From Anaerolineales bacterium (lineage in GTDB: Bacteria; Chloroflexota; Anaerolineae; Anaerolineales; Villigracilaceae), in assembly GCA_034432755.1 (NCBI GenBank), contig DAOUBQ010000015.1:26400-90399 (forward strand): a stretch of DNA of 64,000 nt. The letters run 5' to 3'. Each line of letters starts with the position of its first letter. The stretch's first letter is position 1. A program made the translations under genes and the position numbers. This document shows, piece after piece, positions 26,037-33,714 of this stretch. The notes under the pieces were generated by a model that searched no databases, was not told where the DNA came from, and saw nothing but the letters and a program-made list of their open reading frames with translations.

Positions 26037-26075
26037 GCCCTCGCCCTCTGCCTCCTCTGGTGCGGGAGGGAACTC
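26037..26075. repeat. GC-rich CCCTC...GGAGGG palindromic element
   Basis: agccctcgccctctgcctcctctggtgcgggagggaac. Same architecture as 26818-26850 (inverted orientation) and 49141-49207. Confidence 0.5.
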
Positions 26076-26102
26076 ACAAAACTGTTGCAGACTGCTTGGC
26101 AC

Positions 26103-26132
26103 AAAAAAATTCCGGGGCAGCTGCCTCGGAAT
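26103..26132 (-). terminator. rho-independent terminator of the zinc-ribbon gene
   Basis: ATTCCGAGG / CCCCGGAAT stem on the minus strand followed by T7 (the plus-strand A-run at 26103-26109). Confidence 0.7.
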
Positions 26133-26140
26133 TTCGGCGA

Positions 26141-26731
26141 TTAAATCAAGATGGGTTTTCCACACTGCGGGCAAGTTCGTTCTCCCCGCAGTACCACAAA
26201 GCCACACGCAGCACAGGTCCGCGGTTGTACATTGCCCAGCGGCGCACCGCAAGCGATACAGGCTCCCGTGCCGACTGGGTTCGGTGTGCCGCAATATTCA
26301 CAGACTGCACGCTGCAGTCGCTCCGAAATTTGCGTGCTGGCGCGGCGCGATTGGGCATATTTGCTGATCACTTGCCAAACGTTCTCGCTAATTTGCAGAT
26401 TTTCAATGTCCTGGGCAATATCATCCAATCTATCGAGCAAATTCCAGGGATTGCGGAGCGTGGCCAACAGCGTTTTTCCCATGCTGGCCGCTACGCCCAT
26501 CCAGGCTTGTTGCCCTACCGTAACCATCACGCCATCGGCAACACGTTGTATTTGGACGGTTACCGCCGTCTGTCCGCCGCTGGATGCGCCCTGGCGGGTG
26601 GCAATTTGCACTTTCAGGCCGCGTTCGTCGCCAAAGGCCTGTGCGCGCAGGTTGCCGCGATTAAAATTGGCAATCAGCAGATTGGCTACGTCGTTGGGGG
26701 TCAAGTCCCCGTGCAAAATTCTCTGTTCCAT
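26141..26731 (-). CDS. hypothetical protein with a C-terminal double zinc ribbon
   Basis: Four CxxC pairs in the last 55 aa (CEYC...CIAC...CAAC...CPQC). The N-terminal ~135 aa are unassigned. Confidence 0.7.
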   Translation of the reverse strand: MEQRILHGDLTPNDVANLLIANFNRGNLRAQAFGDERGLKVQIATRQGASSGGQTAVTVQIQRVADGVMVTVGQQAWMGVAASMGKTLLATLRNPWNLLDRLDDIAQDIENLQISENVWQVISKYAQSRRASTQISERLQRAVCEYCGTPNPVGTGACIACGAPLGNVQPRTCAACGFVVLRGERTCPQCGKPILI

Positions 26732-26817
26732 AGTTTAGATTATAATCGCCTTCGTTTGAAATGCAAAAAATAGTCACTGTCGCTTTCGGCCCAAAAATCC
26801 GTTTTTTGCTTCCGTTG

Positions 26818-26850
26818 CCCTCTCTCTTTGGGAGAGGGTAGGGTGAGGGT
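26818..26850. repeat. GC-rich CCCTCTC...GAGAGGG palindromic element
   Basis: ccctctctctttgggagagggtagggtgagggt in the divergent gap between 26731 and 26875. Confidence 0.55.
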
Positions 26851-26874
26851 CGTTAGTTAAAAAACAGGTGTTCG

Positions 26875-27498
26875 ATGCGTCTTATGGTCAAATTGTTTAA
26901 GTTGTTCAGCCTGCTTTTGCCGTTTGGGTTGGTAACGGTTTTTATGTTTAACGTGCCTGCCGCGCACAAAGTTGCAGCCCAGCAGCCCACTGGCTCAGTT
27001 CCAACCGTTACCAGCACGCCTACCGGTCGAATAATTACTGTGACTTATACTGAACCCATCAACATCCGCTCTGGGCCAAGTACGTATTTTTACCCGGCGG
27101 TGGGCGTCTTGCTAGTGGGCGAAACAGCGCCAGCCATTGGGCGTTCTCCTGGTGGGGATTGGATTAAGATTCGCTATCCCGGCATTCCGGGGGATGTTGG
27201 ATGGGTTTACGCGCCTTATGTCAGTCTCTCACCGGGGCCGAATCTACCGATTGTGGAACCGCCTCCAACCCCCACGCCGCTCACTACCCAAGCAATTGAC
27301 CCCACGCTGGCGGCAGCCTTCTTACCGCAATACACCCCCACCCGCCTTCCAACATATACCCCTCCTCCCCCGCTTGTGATTCCGACGTATGAAAATCCGA
27401 GTGAGCAAGCCGCCGGTGTGCCAATGGGCCTGGTTATCATTCTGCTGGCGTTAATTGGCGGTTTTGGCTCGCTGATTTCATTTTTGCGTGGTCGTTAA
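26875..27498 (+). CDS. secreted/anchored bacterial SH3-domain protein
   Basis: Signal-like N-terminus, SH3_3-like core INIRSGPSTYFYPAVGVLLVGETAPAIGRSPGGDWIKIRYPG...GWVYAPYVS, a P/T-rich linker and a C-terminal TM. Confidence 0.8.
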   Translation: MRLMVKLFKLFSLLLPFGLVTVFMFNVPAAHKVAAQQPTGSVPTVTSTPTGRIITVTYTEPINIRSGPSTYFYPAVGVLLVGETAPAIGRSPGGDWIKIRYPGIPGDVGWVYAPYVSLSPGPNLPIVEPPPTPTPLTTQAIDPTLAAAFLPQYTPTRLPTYTPPPPLVIPTYENPSEQAAGVPMGLVIILLALIGGFGSLISFLRGR

Positions 27499-27590
27499 CG
27501 CAATGTTCCCAAAGATAGCAGTTTGAGTACATTGTAAAAAGGTGTTGTTCCCTTGATTGCAGCACAGCGTTCAAAGGTTGCCAAAATGCG

Positions 27591-27630
27591 AACGCCAGAA
27601 GACCAAACGTTCTCCTGGCGTTTTGCTTTA
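27591..27630 (+). terminator. candidate terminator downstream of the SH3 gene
   Basis: AACGCCAGAAGA / TCTCCTGGCGTT stem (one mismatch) followed by TTTTGCTTT. Confidence 0.55.
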
Positions 27631-27633
27631 AAA

Positions 27634-27757
27634 GCAGACACCGGCTTTGGAAAGCCCCCTTCCTCTGAACCGGTGTCTATCACGTGGGCCCCAGTCCACG
27701 TTTGAAATTGTTGGCTTTATGATACCTATTCCCCGTAGACAGAATGCGGACATACTT
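27634..27757. ncRNA. structured intergenic unit A (candidate small RNA or regulatory element; strand unresolved)
   Basis: Outer stem GACACCGG/CCGGTGTC (27637-27644 / 27670-27677), inner stem GGAA/TTCC with a C5 apical loop. Second stem ACGTGG/CCACGT (27682-27687 / 27696-27701) with loop GCCCCAGT, then TTT. Conserved blocks TTATGATACC, CGTAGACA and GACATACTT follow. Confidence 0.4.
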
Positions 27758-27820
27758 TTCGTTTTTGTAAGGATTTTTGGGGGCTGGTCAGTGATGCACC
27801 GAAAATACGCCCCAATAAAG

Positions 27821-27945
27821 ACAAACACCGGTCGCGGAAGTCCCCCTTCCTTTTTACCGGTGTCTGCAACGTGGGCCCCAAGCCACGTTTTTGATTTATT
27901 AGACTTATGATACCCAAATTGCGTAGACAAAACATAGACATACTT
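27821..27945. ncRNA. structured intergenic unit B, a paralogue of unit A 187-188 nt downstream
   Basis: Same blocks and stems as unit A: ACACCGG/CCGGTGT, GGAAG/CTTCC with a C-rich loop, AACGTGG/CCACGTT with loop GCCCCAAG plus T5, then TTATGATACC, CGTAGACA and GACATACTT. Confidence 0.4.
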
Positions 27946-28013
27946 AACTTTTTTGAAAGGTGTTTGCGAAGATGCAGGCATTTTGTGCCTTGAAAACTGC
28001 GTTCCGATAATGC

Positions 28014-28043
28014 TTGACATTCCCCCCTCTCTCACCGCATAAT
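28014..28043 (+). promoter_or_regulatory. candidate sigma70 promoter of the DUF62-ECF operon (TTGACA-18-CATAAT)
   Basis: TTGACA 28014-28019 and CATAAT 28038-28043. AGGAG RBS before ATG 28079. Confidence 0.5.
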
Positions 28044-28078
28044 AAGAACATTCTTAAATTCCCTGCGCAGGAGTTCCC

Positions 28079-28879
28079 ATGCCTGTAATTTCTTTAATGA
28101 CCGATTTTGGCCTGAAAGATGGCAATGTGGGTGTAATGAAGGGTGTTATTTGGAAAATTGCCCCACAAGCCCAAATTTCAGATTTAAGTCACCTGATTGC
28201 GCCGCAGAACATCCGCGAGGCCGCGCTGATTCTTTACCGCTCGGCGCCCTACTTCCCTGAAAATTCGATTCACGTCGTGGTGGTTGACCCCGGTGTTGGC
28301 ACGGCCCGCCGCCCAATGGCGGCCCAAATTGGAAGTCAGTATTACGTTGGGCCGGATAATGGCACCATCACCCTGCTGCTCGAACAGGCCGAACAAGCAG
28401 GCGGGGAAACCCGGTTTGTTCACCTGGACAAGCCGGAATACTGGCTGCCCAACGTTTCATACGTCTTTCACGGACGGGATATTTTTGCCCCGGCCGCGGC
28501 ACACCTGGCGATTGGCGTGCCGCTGACTACGCTCGGAACGGCTTTTGATAACCCGCTGCGCCTTGAACTGCCCAAACCCGAAAAAACGGCTGCCGGTTGG
28601 AAGGGAGAAGTCATTCACATTGACCATTTTGGGAACGTGGCTTCTAACATTCGCGTGGAAAACCTGGGCGAGGCGCTCAAAGCCAAAGAAAAAATCAATG
28701 TGCGGCTGGCGGGCGTTGAAATTCATGGCCTGGTGAATACCTTCGGCGAGCGCGCGCCCGGTGAAGTGGTGGCGTTGATGGGCAGCACCGGTCACTTGAT
28801 TGTTTCTGTCGTCAATGGTAACGCCCAGGCGCGGTTGAATGTCAAAGTTGGCGACCCCTTTGAAGCGGTGATTGCGTAA
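28079..28879 (+). CDS. SAM hydrolase / SAM-dependent halogenase family protein (DUF62, SAM hydroxide adenosyltransferase-like)
   Basis: ISLMTDFGLKDGNVGVMKGVIW, VVVDPGVGT, VIHIDHFGNVASNI. Confidence 0.9.
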   Translation: MPVISLMTDFGLKDGNVGVMKGVIWKIAPQAQISDLSHLIAPQNIREAALILYRSAPYFPENSIHVVVVDPGVGTARRPMAAQIGSQYYVGPDNGTITLLLEQAEQAGGETRFVHLDKPEYWLPNVSYVFHGRDIFAPAAAHLAIGVPLTTLGTAFDNPLRLELPKPEKTAAGWKGEVIHIDHFGNVASNIRVENLGEALKAKEKINVRLAGVEIHGLVNTFGERAPGEVVALMGSTGHLIVSVVNGNAQARLNVKVGDPFEAVIA

Positions 28880-30498
28880 TGGCCGATTCTCCCCTCGTTG
28901 TTGAAAATGTCTCTTTCCGCTACCGCGACCGGCAGGGGGCGGCGATTCACAATATTTCTTTTTCCGCCGAAAAGGGCGAGTTGGTTTTGCTGGCAGGTGC
29001 CAGCGGTTGTGGCAAGACCACCCTGATTCGGGTCATCAACGGCCTGATTCCACGCTCGTATAAGGGTGAGTTGACCGGCCAAATTCGTTTACAAGGCCAG
29101 GAAACGACCGGAATGCCGCTCTCGCGCATTTCGCAAGTGGTTGGGACGGTGCTGCAAGACCCAGAACGACAGATTCTCGGTACGAAGGTCATCAACGAGG
29201 TGGCTTTTGGGCTAGAAAACATGGGGCTGGCGCGGCCTGAAATTATTCAACGCGCTGAAGAAGCGCTGGCTTACCTGAAAATTCCACACCTGCGCGATCG
29301 AGAGACCTTCAACCTTTCAGGCGGCGAGAAGCAGAAGGTGGCCCTGGCGGGTGTGCTGGCAATGAAACCGTCCATCCTGCTGCTGGATGAACCGCTCGCC
29401 AGCCTGGACCCGGCCTCGGCATTGGAGGCGCTGGAGATGGTGCGCCGCCTGGTGGATGAGGGCTTGACCGTTCTCATGGTGGAACACCGCGTGGAGGATG
29501 TGTTGAAAATCCGTCCGAACCGGGTGATGTATATGAGCGAGGGCGAAATCCGCTACCTGGGTGACGCCGAAGGTCTGGCTGAAGCGGTGGATGTCCGCGA
29601 GGTGAAACTTCCGGCGCGGCAGATTGCCCGTCGGGCGGCACTGGAGAAACCTCCAGAGAAGTTAACCTTTTTGCCCGGTGTGCAGGTTGAAGCGGAGTCC
29701 GTGTCCCCGCTGGTGCGGTTCGAAAATGTCACCTTTGGGTACGAATCGGGGCGCGAAGTCCTGCACGGGGTGAGTTTAGACATCAAAAAAGGCGACATTA
29801 TTGCCGTGCTGGGGCCAAACGGGGCCGGGAAAACGACTTTTGTCAAGCACGCCATTGGCCTGCTCAAACCGAAGGCCGGCCAGGTGTTGGTCAACGGCAA
29901 AGACACCCATCACGCCAGCGTGGCCGAGATTGCCAGCACGCTGGGGTATGTGTTTCAAAGCCCCAGCCACATGCTGTTTGCGCCGACCGTGCGCGAGGAG
30001 TTATCGTTTGGGCCGAAAAACCTGAAACACGCGCCTGCGCAAATTGAGCAGGACGTGAAACATTCGCTGGAGATTGTCAACCTGGCCGATAAAGAGAACG
30101 ACCCGCCGCTTTCGCTCTCGTTTGGACAGCAGAAGCGGGTTTCAATTGCAGCAATTTTGGCGATGCGCTCGAAAATTTTGGTGATGGACGAGCCAACCGC
30201 CGGACAGGACTATCGAAACTATATCGGTTTTATGGATGCGATTTTGCAACTGCCCGGCTTCGAGGCGATTTTGTTCATCACGCACGATGTTGACCTGGCC
30301 GTGATTTACGCCAACCGGGTGATTTTGGTGGCCGATGGCACCGTGCGCGCCGATGGCCGGCCACAGGATGTTTTGCGCGATTATGACTTGTTACGTGCCT
30401 GCCGTGTGGTGCCGAGTTCGCTGCTCGATTTGAATTTGGAATTGCTGCCCAAAACCGGCGCATTCATGCGCGCCGAAGCGTTGGGAAGGGTGTTGTAA
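28879..30498 (+). CDS. ECF transporter ATPase, fused EcfA-EcfA' (two ABC cassettes)
   Basis: Two Walker A motifs (GASGCGKTT, GPNGAGKTT), two signature motifs (LSGGEKQK, LSFGQQKR) and two Walker B motifs. The start overlaps the DUF62 stop (TAATG). Confidence 0.93.
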   Translation: MADSPLVVENVSFRYRDRQGAAIHNISFSAEKGELVLLAGASGCGKTTLIRVINGLIPRSYKGELTGQIRLQGQETTGMPLSRISQVVGTVLQDPERQILGTKVINEVAFGLENMGLARPEIIQRAEEALAYLKIPHLRDRETFNLSGGEKQKVALAGVLAMKPSILLLDEPLASLDPASALEALEMVRRLVDEGLTVLMVEHRVEDVLKIRPNRVMYMSEGEIRYLGDAEGLAEAVDVREVKLPARQIARRAALEKPPEKLTFLPGVQVEAESVSPLVRFENVTFGYESGREVLHGVSLDIKKGDIIAVLGPNGAGKTTFVKHAIGLLKPKAGQVLVNGKDTHHASVAEIASTLGYVFQSPSHMLFAPTVREELSFGPKNLKHAPAQIEQDVKHSLEIVNLADKENDPPLSLSFGQQKRVSIAAILAMRSKILVMDEPTAGQDYRNYIGFMDAILQLPGFEAILFITHDVDLAVIYANRVILVADGTVRADGRPQDVLRDYDLLRACRVVPSSLLDLNLELLPKTGAFMRAEALGRVL

Positions 30499-30533
30499 GA
30501 ATGCAGAATGATGAGTGATGAATGATGAAAGAT
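30499..30533. repeat. 7-nt tandem array immediately after the ECF ATPase stop
   Basis: gaatgca gaatgat gagtgat gaatgat gaaagat. Confidence 0.85.
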
Positions 30534-30610
30534 TAACTTATTCCTATATCTTCAACCGGTTCGCGTGATGCCCGCGCCGGTTAAAAAACTATCTTTTCAC
30601 GGAGGATGAG

Positions 30611-31558
30611 ATGGATAAAAAGCTCGTTTCTGTTTTGGGGGCGCTGGTCGTCCTGTTGGCGATTTTCGCCATCATCATGTTTGGGTTTGGCACAACCGAA
30701 GCGCTTGGCCCGTTCAACTTCAGCGTGGACCAGGCCACGCTGCCGCTGCGCTTCGCCTTTGTGGTGGTGGGCGTAGCCATTGCCTTCATCGTCTACTTCC
30801 TGACCAAAGAACACCCGATTTGGGAAGTCGGCACGCGGCATGTGGTCTACATGGCGATTGGTGCGGCGCTCTATGCGGTCTTTTCGTACCTGTTCAACGG
30901 CACGGTGTTCGTTGTGCCATCGCTCAGCCAGGTTTCGCTGCGCCCGGCGATTGCCATCCCGATGTTCTTTGGCTATGCCTTTGGCCCGGTGGTGGGGTTC
31001 TTCACGGGCGCAGTGGGCAACATGTTTGGCGATGCGCTGACCGGCTTTGGCCTTTCACCGCAGTGGAGCATTGGCAACGGGCTGGTGGGCTTCGTCTCTG
31101 GTCTGGTGGCGTTGTTTGGTGACAAGAAAAAGAGCATGGACATCGTGCTATACATCAGCGGCGCGCTGGCCCTGCTGGCGGCGGTGATGTTCTTCCTCAA
31201 TCGCGGCCAGGCCAATATGCTGTTCTACGATGTGGACAACGGCATTTTTGGCGACCAACAGATTTCGCTCTTTGCCGGTCTCTCCATTGTGATTGGTTTT
31301 ATCCTGGTGGCGGTGGTGCGCTTTGCCTTCGGCCAGAATATTGACATTGCCGCAGCAGTCACCTGGGGCATGTTGGGCAACATCCTGGGCATCGGTTTTG
31401 CGGCGGTCTCCGATATCTGGATTAACGGCTTCAGCCCGGCTGCCGCGATTGTGGGCGAATTCCTGCCTGCCGCCGGCCCCAACCTGATTTTCGCCGCCAT
31501 CCTGGTGCCGCTGTTGGTAGTGGCCTACACTTCCGTTCAGCGCCAATCGGGACGGTAG
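30611..31558 (+). CDS. ECF transporter substrate-capture (S) component, unusually long
   Basis: Multi-TM protein. RPAIAIPMFFGYAFGPVVGFFTGAVGNMFGD resembles the ECF S-component core. Lies between the EcfA and EcfT genes. RBS GGAGGA. Confidence 0.75.
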   Translation: MDKKLVSVLGALVVLLAIFAIIMFGFGTTEALGPFNFSVDQATLPLRFAFVVVGVAIAFIVYFLTKEHPIWEVGTRHVVYMAIGAALYAVFSYLFNGTVFVVPSLSQVSLRPAIAIPMFFGYAFGPVVGFFTGAVGNMFGDALTGFGLSPQWSIGNGLVGFVSGLVALFGDKKKSMDIVLYISGALALLAAVMFFLNRGQANMLFYDVDNGIFGDQQISLFAGLSIVIGFILVAVVRFAFGQNIDIAAAVTWGMLGNILGIGFAAVSDIWINGFSPAAAIVGEFLPAAGPNLIFAAILVPLLVVAYTSVQRQSGR

Positions 31559-31560
31559 TT

Positions 31561-31650
31561 CAGTCATCAGTCATCAGTGTTCAGTCATCAGGAAATTCTG
31601 TAAATACTGGCGACTGTTCACTGATTACTGTCCACTGATTACTGAATACT
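31561..31650. repeat. inverted 7-nt tandem arrays filling the whole S-component / EcfT gap
   Basis: cagtcat cagtcat cagtgtt cagtcat caggaaa, then aatactg gcgactg ttcactg attactg tccactg attactg. Confidence 0.9.
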
Positions 31651-32526
31651 ATGCTCGTTGCCTGGCGTTACCGCCCTCGTAAATCCCTTATCCAGTGGTT
31701 TGACCCGCGCGCGTGGGTGATTTTCTATCTCTGTTTCCTGTTTTCGACCCTCGCGTTTTGGGACATCCGCTTCTTGTTGCCGTTTTTTGGGATTGCCCTG
31801 CTCTGGCTGTTTACTTCGGGCCTGAAATGGAGCGAAGTGCGGCGTCCCTTCCTGTTTATCGGGATGTTCGTGTTTTTCTTCGCTTTCCTGACCTTTCTGA
31901 CCGGGCGCGGCGGTATGGAATTGTACGAAACCGAACACCTGATTCGCCGCTACGAGGCTTCCTTCACGCTCTTGGGCTGGCGTCCCGCGCTGGATATCAC
32001 CGTGGAGCGAGCCTTTTTCGCTGTCAGCCAGTTTGTGCGCGTCTTCAGCATTGCGGTGATGACCATCTTGATTCCATATTCGCTGAATCCGGCCTTGTAT
32101 GGAATCACGTTCAAAGGGCTGGGATTGCCCGATAAAATTGCTTACGCCATGGACCTGACGATGCGCTTCATCCCGACCTTTGCGCGCGATTTCCAACTGA
32201 CGATGGATGCCCAGCGGGCGCGCGGCTACGAACTGGAGAAAATCAGCGGCGGCCTGATAGAGCAGGTGCGCAAACTCGGCCCAATTTTCGTGCCGGTCAC
32301 CATTCACGCCATCATTGGCTCGGAGGACATCATTGACGCAATGGATTTGCGCGCCTTTGGGGTTGGCCCGCGCACCTGGCTGGAGGAACTGCGCTACCAA
32401 CGGCGTGACTATATCCTGATAGCCATCGGTATCGTGATTTTAGCGGCCTCAATCGTGGCCGGTTTTGCCGGGCTGGGCAATTTCTGGGTTCCCGAAGCCC
32501 TCATCCGCTGGGCGACGGGCGGATAA
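31651..32526 (+). CDS. ECF transporter transmembrane (T) component, EcfT/CbiQ family
   Basis: CbiQ-like TM pattern with the conserved ...ARGYE... (Ala-Arg-Gly) coupling-helix motif at MDAQRARGYE. Confidence 0.9.
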   Translation: MLVAWRYRPRKSLIQWFDPRAWVIFYLCFLFSTLAFWDIRFLLPFFGIALLWLFTSGLKWSEVRRPFLFIGMFVFFFAFLTFLTGRGGMELYETEHLIRRYEASFTLLGWRPALDITVERAFFAVSQFVRVFSIAVMTILIPYSLNPALYGITFKGLGLPDKIAYAMDLTMRFIPTFARDFQLTMDAQRARGYELEKISGGLIEQVRKLGPIFVPVTIHAIIGSEDIIDAMDLRAFGVGPRTWLEELRYQRRDYILIAIGIVILAASIVAGFAGLGNFWVPEALIRWATGG

Positions 32527-32532
32527 AAACAG

Positions 32533-32610
32533 TCCACAGATTGCGCCGATTTCACAGAGTTCGTCCTGCTCCTCTGCGCTATCGGCGTAGTCTGTGGACA
32601 CTTTTTAATT
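32533..32610 (+). terminator. long palindromic element acting as the terminator of the ECF operon
   Basis: GTCCACAGATTGCGCCGAT (32533-32550) pairs with ATCGGCGTAGTCTGTGGAC (32581-32599), followed by CTTTTTAATTTTTT. Confidence 0.7.
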
Positions 32611-32625
32611 TTTTACAGGTATCCT

Positions 32626-33399
32626 ATGAATCCCCTCAACCAACGTTTACGTGAAAATTTCCTGTTTTATTCTAGCGACCTGCTTGCCAACCGCGCCGGG
32701 CGGCTTTCGGAGCGGCAACAGGCCCGCCAGCAGGCCGCCGGAGTCAGCCTGCGGCTGGGGATGACGATTTTTATTGTCGTCATGGTCGGGACCCTGGGCG
32801 TGATTGCCTTCGCCTCTCTGCAATCTGGCACATCCCCAAGCCTGACCGACCCGGAGATGCTGACCACGCTCGGCATCGCGGGCGGGGTCATTGGGCTGGT
32901 CATCCTGCTGTCTTTTCTTTTTTCGGGGCGAAGTTACCTGAAAGCCGCGCGCGAGACCAAAATCCAGGTCGCCGAAGGCGAAGCGCAACCCGGCAAAATC
33001 AAAGTGGACGCAGCCCATTTCGAGATTAAGCTCGGTCAGACAAAAATTCGCCTGGTGACGCCGGAGCAGTTGGAAGCCTTCGAGATGGGCACGGCCTACC
33101 GGGTCTATTACCTGCCCGGGCCGATTCCAACCGTTCTGTCGGGCGAAGTGATGGGTACGGAGGATGAGGCCAACCGATACCTGGAAACCGAAATCTCCCT
33201 CGAAAAAGACGCAGTCCTGCAAGGTCATCAGCGCATGCGTCCGGTTGGGGTTGTGCTGGCCGTGCTGGCAATAGGCATTCCACTGGCGGTGTTTGCCGCC
33301 GCCAGCCTGCCGGGAATTTTGCGCTCCATTGCCTTTCTGACCGCTCTTGGGGCCTCGATTGGCTTCGTCTTTTGGGCGCTGCGGCGGGCTTTAGGCTGA
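32626..33399 (+). CDS. hypothetical membrane protein
   Basis: Four hydrophobic segments and a soluble middle. No family recognised. Confidence 0.6.
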   Translation: MNPLNQRLRENFLFYSSDLLANRAGRLSERQQARQQAAGVSLRLGMTIFIVVMVGTLGVIAFASLQSGTSPSLTDPEMLTTLGIAGGVIGLVILLSFLFSGRSYLKAARETKIQVAEGEAQPGKIKVDAAHFEIKLGQTKIRLVTPEQLEAFEMGTAYRVYYLPGPIPTVLSGEVMGTEDEANRYLETEISLEKDAVLQGHQRMRPVGVVLAVLAIGIPLAVFAAASLPGILRSIAFLTALGASIGFVFWALRRALG

Positions 33400-33426
33400 A
33401 TTGGTGGGACGATTTGCCCGATTGCT

Positions 33427-33714
33427 TTACGACACCATGTTGTAAATCACCCGCACCCGCTCGCCAGTCAATGTTGGTACGCCCTTTTCCAGCCAGCGTT
33501 GAAAGTGCGGGGTTTGGCGGTGCGCTTCGAGGTCAGATTCGGCGTGGTAGACCTCGTAAAGCATAAAGCGATGGGGGGCATTGGCTTGCTGGAGCAGGTC
33601 AAACCGTTCCACGCCTGGCTCTTTGCGGCTTTCTATGGCGTTGGCGGTTGCTTCGGCCAGGAAGGTGTCGAGCAGCTCAGGTTGCACTTCGAGATAGACG
33701 ACTTGAACGTACAT
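33427..33714 (-). CDS. antibiotic-biosynthesis-monooxygenase (ABM) domain protein
   Basis: 95 aa with the ferredoxin-like ABM pattern (VERFDLLQ...FMLYEVYHAESDLEAHRQTPHFQRW). Confidence 0.85.
   Translation of the reverse strand: MYVQVVYLEVQPELLDTFLAEATANAIESRKEPGVERFDLLQQANAPHRFMLYEVYHAESDLEAHRQTPHFQRWLEKGVPTLTGERVRVIYNMVS

Noticed and set aside
27634-27945. CRISPR array hypothesis for the repeated units and for the short-period arrays
   Set aside because: There are only two long units with homologous, not unique, intervening sequence. The 7/8-nt arrays have no spacers. No cas genes are in the window.
27628-28035. 135-aa minus-strand ORF (and 27495..27683, 27647..27910, 27726..27941) across the tandem structured units
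   Set aside because: The translations are repeat-derived and low-complexity with no RBS. The conserved features are stems and short nucleotide blocks, not codons.
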